Of a DNA stretch of 64,000 bases, positions 28,375 through 36,876 are shown piece by piece (the stretch's first letter is position 1; each line of letters starts with the position of its first letter). The notes under the pieces are model-generated. The model made no database searches. It was not told the DNA's origin and worked only from the letters and a program-made list of their open reading frames with translations. The stretch lies in the NCBI GenBank assembly GCA_045597865.1, contig JAZLKX010000025.1, forward strand, positions 192,001 to 256,000, written 5' to 3'. The stretch comes from Bacilli bacterium. GTDB taxonomy: Bacteria > Bacillota_I > Bacilli_A > RFN20 > CAG-826. The position numbers and the translations under genes are program-made.

Positions 28375-31074
28375 ATGAAAAAGATTAAAATCTTATCATT
28401 CGCTAGCTTACCACTTGCAATGGCTTTATTAGCAGGTTGTGGTCACACTCACACATTCTCTGAAGAGTGGAATCACAATGAAGAGAAACACTGGCATGAT
28501 GCAACTTGTGAACATAAAGATCAAATAAGTGAAGAGGGCGAACACAACTTTGGCGATGACAATGTTTGTGATGTTTGTGGTTACGAAAAAGGCGAAGAAC
28601 CAGGCCCAGGCCCAACACCTCATGAACATACATTCTCTGATGATTGGACTCATGACGATGAAAAGCACTGGCATGCAGCTACTTGCGAACACACCGATCA
28701 AAAGAGCGGTGAAGCCGAACACGTTTATGGTGATGACAACATCTGTGATGTTTGTGGTTATGACAAAGGCGAAGGACCAGGACCAACTATTGATCCACAT
28801 AAAGTAGATGAAACTGGATGGAAAGCTGCATTTGGTGCGGACGAACATTTGTTTATGTTCGCAGACAACTATAAGGCCACAATGACAATGAGTGGTGCTA
28901 TGTCTGGCGAAATGATTCTTGAAGTTGATGGCAATAAACTCAAAAATAATCAAGGCGGCACAGTCTTTTATTATTCTTTAGAAGATGGAGCTGCATATTG
29001 TTACTCAAATTTAGCGGGCAGTTGGTCTAGAAGTCCAATTGGTGATGCAAATAATCTAAAAGCAATTGTTTCTACCTATTTTGAACCATTTGGAGATTTT
29101 AGCGCTTTTGCATATGATGAAGAAAGTCATGCATATAAAGCTGCGTCAGCAATTGGAGGAATGGCAACAAATTTAGTTGCATCATTTACTGATGGCAAAG
29201 TTATGTCAGTATCTTATGATTCAGTTAATCCTGAAGACACAACACAAGTTGCACATCTTGCATCTACATTTGTTTATGGCGGACAAACAGTTACTCTTCC
29301 AGAAGTAGAACCAGCTCACGAGCACGTTTTCGATACACAATGTAGTGATCAATACAATCACTGGAATGAATGTGAATGTGGTGCAGTTGATCAAGATTCA
29401 ATAGAAGCACACTATGATGTTGAACCAGAAGATGGATTCTGCGATGTTTGCGGATGCGAAATGGAAGATTCACCAATTCCAGAACTTCCAATGTATTCAC
29501 TTCTAGTTGGTGGTGAATCATTAAGCATGATTTACAATTCTGACTTAGAACAATATGAATATTGTGAGCTCCCAGTTGAAGTTGATGATGAAATTACTGT
29601 AATGAACGTTACACCAGGCGCGGAAGGCGCTTTAACATCACTCAGCATTGGCGATGATGCTCATGGTTTTACGGTCACAGATGGTGTTTTAAAAGCTACT
29701 GTAGCTGGAACTTATTCATTCTATTTAAAACCATCATGGGGAAACGATACAATTTACATTGCTGAAAGCACATCTCCACTTCCAAGCGAACCGGTTTATG
29801 GTTACAAAATTAATGATGGCGAATACATCGTAATGGATTTAGATGGCAAAGATAAATCTGCTCAATGGATTGCAATTGGTGTTGATGTCGAAGAAGGTCA
29901 AACAGTGACATTTGCAAACATCACTCCTGATACTCCAGAAACTATGCCAGGACTCTTCATTGGCGGAACAACACAAGGTTTCACCATCCTGGATGGTGTC
30001 TTAACTGCAGATCATACTGGAAATTATAATTTCTACTTACAACCAGAATTTGAAAATGATGTTGTTTACATTGCAGAAAACTCAGTTGTTGACTGTAGAT
30101 TAATGGGTATGGATGGTGACTGGGAAGGTGGAATTTTGATGAGTCCAGTTTCAGAAGGAAGTACCGAATTTGTCGCCCAAAATCTCGATATTGAACCAGG
30201 CGATAAAGTTAAAGTTAAATTTGAAGATAGTTGGATTAGCGATTTTAAACGAAATACTGGTACCGCAAATGCACTTGATGAAAATTTAGCTGAAATTGAT
30301 GGTGAAGGTAATGTTCAATTCAATTTCGCTGGTGTCTACACAATTTACTTTGAAAGCAACACCGAAGGTGCATATGGCGTCTTTGTTAGAAGAGAATCAG
30401 TTAGTTGCCCATATATTGGCTCTGCCGATATAACAACTCCATCTGGTGATATCCATCAAGATGCTACATTTTTCTTCCACAAAGTTGATTTAGCTAATAA
30501 TTTCATTGAATATTATTTATCCAACTGCCCAGGATACAACGGAATGTCATACACCATCAAAGATGGTGATACTCCAGTAACTGATTTTGATCTTGAAGAA
30601 GGCGGCGAAGCAGCAAACTTTACAAAAGTAGGTTCAACAATTACCTATCATGGTGAAGCTGAAGCATTGAATTTCTATCTAAAAGAAGATTTAACCGAAC
30701 ATACATTAAAAGTTTATGTTGAAGCATATATTGATCCAGCTCAATACAGCACTCTTTATTTAGAACCAGGTGTTTGGGCTAATGATGGTGCAACATTCTA
30801 TGCTTTCTTCTTTGATTCAACATCTGGAAAAGAAGCTGTTTGGGTTGCTTTAATTGAAGAAGATGGTTTATACAAAGTTGAAAAAGTTGATGGTTATGAC
30901 AAAGTCATCTTTGTAAGATGTGATCCTGCAAAAGATCCATTAGTTGATGGTTGGGATGCAAAATGGAATCAAACACAAGATTTAGATGTTCCAACAGATT
31001 CTTGTGTTAAATGTTCTATTACAGGCTGGGGAGAAGATAAACAACCATCTCCATCAACTTGGCAAGTGAAATAA
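28375..31074 (+). CDS. Lipoprotein with His/Cys-rich repeats, SusE/F-like repeats and a C-terminal CBM26-like module
   Basis: AAGGAG RBS; lipobox LAGC; H.H.FS..W.H..EKHWH.ATCEH...CDVCGY repeats; G.Y.FYL.P repeats; C-terminal WANDGA.F...IFVRC.P...WNQTQDL. Confidence 0.75.
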   Translation: MKKIKILSFASLPLAMALLAGCGHTHTFSEEWNHNEEKHWHDATCEHKDQISEEGEHNFGDDNVCDVCGYEKGEEPGPGPTPHEHTFSDDWTHDDEKHWHAATCEHTDQKSGEAEHVYGDDNICDVCGYDKGEGPGPTIDPHKVDETGWKAAFGADEHLFMFADNYKATMTMSGAMSGEMILEVDGNKLKNNQGGTVFYYSLEDGAAYCYSNLAGSWSRSPIGDANNLKAIVSTYFEPFGDFSAFAYDEESHAYKAASAIGGMATNLVASFTDGKVMSVSYDSVNPEDTTQVAHLASTFVYGGQTVTLPEVEPAHEHVFDTQCSDQYNHWNECECGAVDQDSIEAHYDVEPEDGFCDVCGCEMEDSPIPELPMYSLLVGGESLSMIYNSDLEQYEYCELPVEVDDEITVMNVTPGAEGALTSLSIGDDAHGFTVTDGVLKATVAGTYSFYLKPSWGNDTIYIAESTSPLPSEPVYGYKINDGEYIVMDLDGKDKSAQWIAIGVDVEEGQTVTFANITPDTPETMPGLFIGGTTQGFTILDGVLTADHTGNYNFYLQPEFENDVVYIAENSVVDCRLMGMDGDWEGGILMSPVSEGSTEFVAQNLDIEPGDKVKVKFEDSWISDFKRNTGTANALDENLAEIDGEGNVQFNFAGVYTIYFESNTEGAYGVFVRRESVSCPYIGSADITTPSGDIHQDATFFFHKVDLANNFIEYYLSNCPGYNGMSYTIKDGDTPVTDFDLEEGGEAANFTKVGSTITYHGEAEALNFYLKEDLTEHTLKVYVEAYIDPAQYSTLYLEPGVWANDGATFYAFFFDSTSGKEAVWVALIEEDGLYKVEKVDGYDKVIFVRCDPAKDPLVDGWDAKWNQTQDLDVPTDSCVKCSITGWGEDKQPSPSTWQVK
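28444..28797 (+). repeat. Intragenic tandem duplication, 177-nt (59-aa) period
   Basis: Copies start at 28444 and 28621 and share ACATTCTCTGA, CACTGGCATG and TGTGATGTTTGTGGTTA. A degenerate third copy lies at about 29317-29457. Confidence 0.85.
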
Positions 31075-31093
31075 TTAAAATTAATCCTAGATT

Positions 31094-31126
31094 AAGATGG
31101 TCACTCAGTGATCATCTTTTTCTTTT
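31094..31126 (+). terminator. Intrinsic terminator
   Basis: AAGATGGTCAC-TCA-GTGATCATCTT followed by a T-rich run. Confidence 0.8.
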
Positions 31127-31139
31127 GCAAAATTATTTG

Positions 31140-31250
31140 TTGTAAATGATTTAAAAATCATTATAATAATAGTCGCAACTTATTCTAAGTTTAGCGATTA
31201 CTCCGACGCTTGACCTGGGATAAGCGAAGAATATTCTAGGAGGGATAAAT
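31140..31250 (+). promoter_or_regulatory. rpsO promoter and putative S15 autoregulatory leader
   Basis: TTGTAA-16 bp-TATAAT. The leader forms a hairpin (CTTATTCTA/TGGGATAAG, AGCG/CGCT) whose loop ACTCC is complementary to the GGAGG RBS. S15 leaders are established in Firmicutes. Confidence 0.6.
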
Positions 31251-31517
31251 ATGTTATCCAAAGAAAGAACTGCTGAAATCGTTAAGAAGTTCGGAAAGAA
31301 CGAAAAAGACACTGGTTCAGTCCAAGTCCAAATCGCTCTTCTTACAGCTCAAATTAACGACTTAACCGAGCACCTTAAACATAACAAAAAAGATGCTTCA
31401 GCAAGACGTGGATTATTCATTTTAGTTGGTCAACGTAAATCATTCTTAAACTATCTTAACAAGACAGACAGAGATGCTTACGTCAAACTCTTAAGTGAAT
31501 TAAACATCCGCAAATAA
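31251..31517 (+). CDS. rpsO: 30S ribosomal protein S15
   Basis: DTGSVQVQIALLT..I..L..HL..NKKD..ARRGL..LVGQR; 88 aa. Confidence 0.98.
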   Translation: MLSKERTAEIVKKFGKNEKDTGSVQVQIALLTAQINDLTEHLKHNKKDASARRGLFILVGQRKSFLNYLNKTDRDAYVKLLSELNIRK

Positions 31518-31537
31518 GTTAGAAAACTTATAAAGAT

Positions 31538-31570
31538 GGACCATAACTTATAGTTATGGTCCTTTCTTTT
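31538..31570 (+). terminator. rpsO terminator
   Basis: GGACCATAACT-TAT-AGTTATGGTCC followed by TTTCTTTT. Confidence 0.88.
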
Positions 31571-31648
31571 ACCTTTAAAAGTGTTATTACTTATCTAACA
31601 TTTTATGTTAAAATACCAATAGATTTTTAAAGGAGAAAAAATAACAAA

Positions 31649-33814
31649 ATGAAAAAAGTATTCGAACTCGATTTCGAAGGCCGCAAAATTGTTGTTGAAG
31701 CTGGCGAAATAGGCAAGCAAACAAAAGCTGCGGTTTTGGTACGTTATGGCGACACAGTAGTTTTATCAAACGTTACTATGTCACAACATACTGTCGATTG
31801 GGATTTCTTTCCACTCTCAGTTGAGTACCAAGAAAGAATGTACGCTGCTGGAAAGATTCCAGGCGGATTCTTAAGACGTGAGTCCCGTCCAAGCTACCAT
31901 GCAATTCTTGCAAGTAGAATTACCGACAGAACCATGCGTCCACTTTTCCCTGAAGGATTCCGTAATGAAGTCCAAGTCGTTTCTCAAGTAATGGCTGCTG
32001 ATTACGATAATTCTCCAGAGATTACTGCAATGTTAGGTTCATCATTATGTGTCTGTATTTCAGACGTTCCATTTAATGGTCCTATTGCAGGTGTCTATGT
32101 TGGTAGAGTTGATGGCAAATTCGTTATTAACCCAACAGTAGAACAAAAAGCAAAATCAGATATCGACCTCTGTGTCGCTGGTACCGAAGAAGCTATCAAC
32201 ATGGTTGAAGCAGGTGCTAAAGAAGTCTCAGAAGAAGATATGCTCGATGCATTAATGTTTGGTCATGAAGCAGTCAAGAAACTTTGTAAATGGCAAAAGA
32301 AGATCATCAAAGCTATTGGCGTTGAAAAGAACAAAAACATTGAATTCAAGGTTATGCCACAAGACTTATATGAAGAAGTCAAGGCAAAAGCCGACAAAGA
32401 TTTACGTAAAGCTGTCTCAACAAAAGACAAACTCGAAAGAGAAGCAAATATTGAAAAAGTTGAAAAGGCTATTGAAGAAGAATACGCTGCAAATGGTGCA
32501 GATGCAAAGACAGTTCAACAAGTCCACAACATTCAAGAAGATCTCGTCCACAAAGAAGTTAGAAGACTTATTATCGAAGATAAAGTCAGACCAGATGGAC
32601 GTAAGACCGACGAAGTTCGTCCACTCGATGCTCAAGTTGACCTTTTAGGTCGTAGAGTCCATGGTTCCGCCATGTTTACACGTGGACAAACACAAGTTAT
32701 CTCAGCTACAACTTTAGGTCCTTTAAGTGACAAACAAGTTTTAGATGATTTAACAGCAGAAACTGAAAAACGTTTCATTCATCACTATAACTTCCCACAA
32801 TGGTGTGTTGGTGGCACAGGAAAAATCGGTGTCTTAGCACGTCGTGAAGTTGGACACGGTGCCCTTGTTGAAAGAGCATTAGCCCAAGTTATCCCATCAG
32901 AAGAAGAATTCCCATACACAATTCGTACAGTTGCTGAAGTTGTCGAATCAAACGGTTCCTCATCACAAGCATCAATCTGTGCAGGTTGTATGTCACTTAT
33001 GGCAGCCGGTGTTCCAATTAAAGGAATGGTTTCCGGTATCGCTATGGGTCTTATCTCAGATGGCGACTTAAGAAAGAATCCATACACAATCCTTACAGAT
33101 ATTCAAGGTCTTGAAGATCACTTCGGTGATATGGACTTCAAAGTTGCAGGTACTGCAAAAGGTATTACCGCACTTCAAATGGATATCAAAATCGATGGTG
33201 TTACAAGAGAAGTTTTAGCTGAAGCATTAGAACAAGCTGGCAAAGCACGTGCTCAAATTCGTGAAGCAATGGCTAAAGCCATTTCTGAACCAAGAGCAGA
33301 TGTTGCAGAATTTGCTCCAAAACTTGATAAGATGCAAATCGAAGTCGATAAGATCAGAGAAGTTATCGGTACTGGCGGTAAAGTCATTAATGACATCATC
33401 GCACAATGTGATAACGTCCAAATCGATATCGATGATGATGGACATGTCGTTATTTACCATATGAATCGTGAAATGATCAACAAAGCAAAAGCAATGATTG
33501 AAAATATCGTTCGTGAAGCAAAAGTTGGTGAAGTTTACGAAGGCGAAGTCACTAGAGTCGAAGACTATGGTGCTTTCGTTAAACTCTTTGGTAATTGCGA
33601 AGGCTTATGCCATGTTTCAAGACTTGACTGGGGCTATGTTGAAAAAGCAAGCGACAAAGTCAAAGTTGGCGATGTCTTAAAAGTCCGTGTTTGTGAAATT
33701 GATGATCACGGCAAAGTCAAAGTTTCTCATAGAGAATTCTTAGAGAAACCAGCTGGATATGTTGAAAAACCAGCAGTTGAAAAGAAACCTTTCAAAAAAG
33801 GTCATAGAAAATAA
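31649..33814 (+). CDS. pnp: Polyribonucleotide nucleotidyltransferase
   Basis: YAAGKIPGGF.RRE, HGSAMFTRGQTQ, ESNGSSSQAS, GDMDFKVAGT; KH and S1 domains; follows rpsO. Confidence 0.98.
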   Translation: MKKVFELDFEGRKIVVEAGEIGKQTKAAVLVRYGDTVVLSNVTMSQHTVDWDFFPLSVEYQERMYAAGKIPGGFLRRESRPSYHAILASRITDRTMRPLFPEGFRNEVQVVSQVMAADYDNSPEITAMLGSSLCVCISDVPFNGPIAGVYVGRVDGKFVINPTVEQKAKSDIDLCVAGTEEAINMVEAGAKEVSEEDMLDALMFGHEAVKKLCKWQKKIIKAIGVEKNKNIEFKVMPQDLYEEVKAKADKDLRKAVSTKDKLEREANIEKVEKAIEEEYAANGADAKTVQQVHNIQEDLVHKEVRRLIIEDKVRPDGRKTDEVRPLDAQVDLLGRRVHGSAMFTRGQTQVISATTLGPLSDKQVLDDLTAETEKRFIHHYNFPQWCVGGTGKIGVLARREVGHGALVERALAQVIPSEEEFPYTIRTVAEVVESNGSSSQASICAGCMSLMAAGVPIKGMVSGIAMGLISDGDLRKNPYTILTDIQGLEDHFGDMDFKVAGTAKGITALQMDIKIDGVTREVLAEALEQAGKARAQIREAMAKAISEPRADVAEFAPKLDKMQIEVDKIREVIGTGGKVINDIIAQCDNVQIDIDDDGHVVIYHMNREMINKAKAMIENIVREAKVGEVYEGEVTRVEDYGAFVKLFGNCEGLCHVSRLDWGYVEKASDKVKVGDVLKVRVCEIDDHGKVKVSHREFLEKPAGYVEKPAVEKKPFKKGHRK

Positions 33815-33824
33815 TTAACAAACT

Positions 33825-35267
33825 ATGTTTGATGTTACTGTAATTGGGGCTGGAATCGTTGGCTCGCTTATAGCGCGCAAACTTTCAAGCTACCAATTAT
33901 CAGTGGCAGTTATTGAAAAAGAACCAGACGTTGGTAACGTTACAACCATGGCTAATAGTGCCATTGTTCACTCAGGCTATGACCCTGTTCCTGGAACACT
34001 TAAGGCTCAACTTAATGTTTTAGGAAACAAAATGATGGATCAAGTCTGTGATGAGCTAGACGTTGAAATGAAACGCATTGGTTCTTTAACTGTTGCTCTT
34101 TTTGATGAACAACTTCCTCTATTAGAGGACCTTGCTAAAAGAAGTGCACAAAACGGTGTTCCTGTTCAAATCTTGAACGCCGAAGAAACTTTAAAACTCG
34201 AACCTAATTTATCAAAAGAAGTGAAGGGTTCACTTTTTGCTCCTACTGCGGGCATAGTGAATCCTTTCACTTTATCGGTTCATGCTATCGAAAACGCCGT
34301 TGATAATGGAGCAAAACTCTTCTTAGAAGAGAAAGTTGTTCTTATTAATAAAAACGACGATTTCTATAACATTATTTGTGAGTCTGGAAATACTTACCAA
34401 TCAAAGATTATCATCAATGCTGCAGGTATTTATTCAGACGAAATCCATAAAATGGTGGAGCCAATTGATTACTTCCTCACCCCAAGAAAAGGCGAGTACT
34501 TTATTTTGGATCACTATTGTGACGATTTAGTCAAACATACAATCTTCCCTCTTCCAAGTGAAAAGGGCAAAGGAATTCTTGTTACTCCATCCATTGGCGG
34601 AACTTTCCTTGTTGGTCCTTCAGCAGAAGCAATGGCATCTAAAGATGATGTTTCTACTGATAAGTTCACATTAGACGAAATAAAACGTCAAGCATTAATG
34701 CTTGTTCCATCAATTCCATTTAACCAAGTCATTAGAACTTTTGCTGGTAGTAGACCAACTCCAAATACTCATGACTTTATCATTAGATACGCTAAATGTG
34801 ACAATCACTTTATAACACTTTCTGGAATCGAATCTCCAGGTCTTGCTTCATCTCCTGCTATAGCAGAATATGTAGTGAACGAATTTGTCTCAAGAGTTAT
34901 TAAACTAGTTCCAAAAGAAAACTTTAATCCTAGAGTTAAACGTAGACCACATCTTAAAGAGATGTCAATTGAAGAAAGAAACAAATTTATTGCTGAAAAT
35001 CCAGACTATGGAAAGATTATTTGTAACTGTGAGAAAGTTTTACTTGGTGAGATTTTATTCGAGATGAATACTTCCGTGCCTCCAAAGACCATTAAAGCAG
35101 TTAAAAAACGTACTCGTGCTGGTTTTGGAAAGTGCCAAGGAGGATTCTGCCAACCATTAGTGACTAAGATTATCTCTGAGAAGTTTAATATTCCACTTAA
35201 CGAAGTTATGTTCCAAAAACGTGGATCTTTTGTTGTTAGATACGACATCAAAGGAGAAAAGAAATGA
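33825..35267 (+). CDS. FAD-dependent oxidoreductase (GlpA/LhgO-like) with a BFD-like [2Fe-2S] domain
   Basis: IGAGIVG; NSAIVHSGYD; GIESPGLASSPA; C-terminal ICNCE...RAGFGKCQGGFC. Confidence 0.85.
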   Translation: MFDVTVIGAGIVGSLIARKLSSYQLSVAVIEKEPDVGNVTTMANSAIVHSGYDPVPGTLKAQLNVLGNKMMDQVCDELDVEMKRIGSLTVALFDEQLPLLEDLAKRSAQNGVPVQILNAEETLKLEPNLSKEVKGSLFAPTAGIVNPFTLSVHAIENAVDNGAKLFLEEKVVLINKNDDFYNIICESGNTYQSKIIINAAGIYSDEIHKMVEPIDYFLTPRKGEYFILDHYCDDLVKHTIFPLPSEKGKGILVTPSIGGTFLVGPSAEAMASKDDVSTDKFTLDEIKRQALMLVPSIPFNQVIRTFAGSRPTPNTHDFIIRYAKCDNHFITLSGIESPGLASSPAIAEYVVNEFVSRVIKLVPKENFNPRVKRRPHLKEMSIEERNKFIAENPDYGKIICNCEKVLLGEILFEMNTSVPPKTIKAVKKRTRAGFGKCQGGFCQPLVTKIISEKFNIPLNEVMFQKRGSFVVRYDIKGEKK

Positions 35268-36520
35268 TTAACCGCAAGTTAGTTATTATTGGTGGTGGCT
35301 CAGCTGGTATGGCTGCAGCTATTAAAGCATACGAACTCGGTGAGAGAGATATTTTAATTATTGAGAAAAATGCTTATCTTGGTGGAATCTTAAATCAATG
35401 TATTCATAATGGCTTTGGACTTCATGAGTTTAAAGAAGAACTTACTGGTCCAGAGTTTATGACTAGATTTTCTAAAAAGGTCGATGAACTCGGAATTTCT
35501 TACGCATTAGAGTCCAATGTTTTAAGTATAAGTGACGACAAAGTCGTAACTTATTCAAACGCTAAAGATGGACTTGTTGAAGTTAAAGCAGAAGCTATTA
35601 TTCTTACAACAGGATGTTATGAAAGAAATGCTGGTGCTATCCAAATTCCAGGCGATAGACCATCAGGTATTTATACAGCAGGACAAGCTCAGTTGTTCGC
35701 TAACTGCTATGGTTATTTAGTTGGTAAACGTGTCTTTATCTTAGGTAGTGGAGACATTGGTTTAATTATGGCTCGTAGAATGACACTTGAAGGCGCTAAA
35801 GTCTTAGGTGTTGCAGAGCTTATGCCTTACTCAGCAGGTCTTAATAGAAACATTGTTCAATGTCTTAAAGACTATGACATTCCACTTTACTTAAGTCACA
35901 CTGTTAAGAAAGTTATTGGTGAATCTCACCTTGAAAAGGTGGTAATCGCTAAAGTTGATGAAAAAATGAACTTTATTGAGGGAACTGAACAAATCTTTAA
36001 CTGCGATTGTTTACTTCTTTCAGTAGGCCTTTTACCAAACGTTGATTTATTTAATAAATTACCTTTGAGTATGTCAAAAACTAGAGGTGCTAAAGTTAAC
36101 CAAGCAATGGAAACTGAAATCCCAGGTATTTTCTCTGCAGGTAACGTGCTTCATGTTCACGATCTTGTTGATTATGTTGTAGAAGAAGCTAGAGAAGCTG
36201 CGGTGGGCGCAATAAGTTACTTAAATGGTGAACTTAAGCACGAAGGCCATGTTTACGATGTAAATCCGGGCGTTGGAATCAACTATGTTGTTCCTCAAAA
36301 AGTTTTCCTTGATGATGTTAAAGATACACTTTCTTTCAAGTTTAGAGTCGCTAAACCAATGAAAGATATTAATATTCTTATTACCGAAGGTAATAATATC
36401 ATCAAGAAAATCTTTAAACCTGCAATAGTTCCATCAGAAATGGAAATAGTGCATGTATCTAAAGATCTCTTTAAAAGAGAATCTAATGAAATTAAAGTTT
36501 ACGTGGAGGAGAAAAAATAA
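35264..36520 (+). CDS. NAD(P)/FAD-dependent oxidoreductase (partner subunit)
   Basis: IGGGSAG, GGILNQCIHNGFG, LGSGDIGLIMARR, GNVLHVHDLVD; ATGA overlap with the upstream gene. Confidence 0.85.
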   Translation: MINRKLVIIGGGSAGMAAAIKAYELGERDILIIEKNAYLGGILNQCIHNGFGLHEFKEELTGPEFMTRFSKKVDELGISYALESNVLSISDDKVVTYSNAKDGLVEVKAEAIILTTGCYERNAGAIQIPGDRPSGIYTAGQAQLFANCYGYLVGKRVFILGSGDIGLIMARRMTLEGAKVLGVAELMPYSAGLNRNIVQCLKDYDIPLYLSHTVKKVIGESHLEKVVIAKVDEKMNFIEGTEQIFNCDCLLLSVGLLPNVDLFNKLPLSMSKTRGAKVNQAMETEIPGIFSAGNVLHVHDLVDYVVEEAREAAVGAISYLNGELKHEGHVYDVNPGVGINYVVPQKVFLDDVKDTLSFKFRVAKPMKDINILITEGNNIIKKIFKPAIVPSEMEIVHVSKDLFKRESNEIKVYVEEKK

Positions 36521-36864
36521 TGAAAGAACTTATTTGTATTACTTGTCCACGTGGTTGTCACTTAAAAGTGGACGACAATTTGAATGTAACAGGAAACACA
36601 TGTCCTAGAGGAGAAGCATACGCTAAAGCTGAGCTTACTCATCCAGTTAGAATGGTAACTTCAACTGTTGCGATTGCATCAGTAGTTGAATCAAGACTTC
36701 CTGTTAAGACTAAAGAGCCAGTTCCTAAGGAACTTATCTTCCCAGTTATGGAAGAAATTAGAAAAACTGTAGTTAAAGCACCTATTAATATAGGTGATGT
36801 TGTTATAGAAAACGTTTGTAACTCAGGAGTAGACGTTATTGCAACAAAAGATATAGCAAAGTAA
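36520..36864 (+). CDS. DUF1667 family CxxC protein
   Basis: CITCPRGC...GNTCPRG..YA..E...P.R.VTSTV; the usual third gene of this trio. Confidence 0.85.
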   Translation: MKELICITCPRGCHLKVDDNLNVTGNTCPRGEAYAKAELTHPVRMVTSTVAIASVVESRLPVKTKEPVPKELIFPVMEEIRKTVVKAPINIGDVVIENVCNSGVDVIATKDIAK

Positions 36865-36876
36865 AGGTAGTTAAAT

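Noticed and set aside
28444-28797. Direct repeats as a CRISPR array or mobile element ends (also about 57420-57870)
   Set aside because: These are in-frame protein domain duplications with synonymous divergence; no repeat-spacer pattern and no cas genes.
28403-28953. Antisense and alternate-frame ORFs of 60-174 aa here and throughout (e.g. 15212, 32259, 51952, 55952, 56576, 63510)
   Set aside because: They lie inside confident genes, have no recognisable motifs and are explained as shadows of codon bias and repeats.
14619-31074. Cohesin/dockerin amylosome or sortase anchoring
   Set aside because: No duplicated dockerin Ca-binding repeat or LPXTG found. The DSDGDGFGD in the amylase is the ordinary GH13 N-terminal Ca-binding motif.
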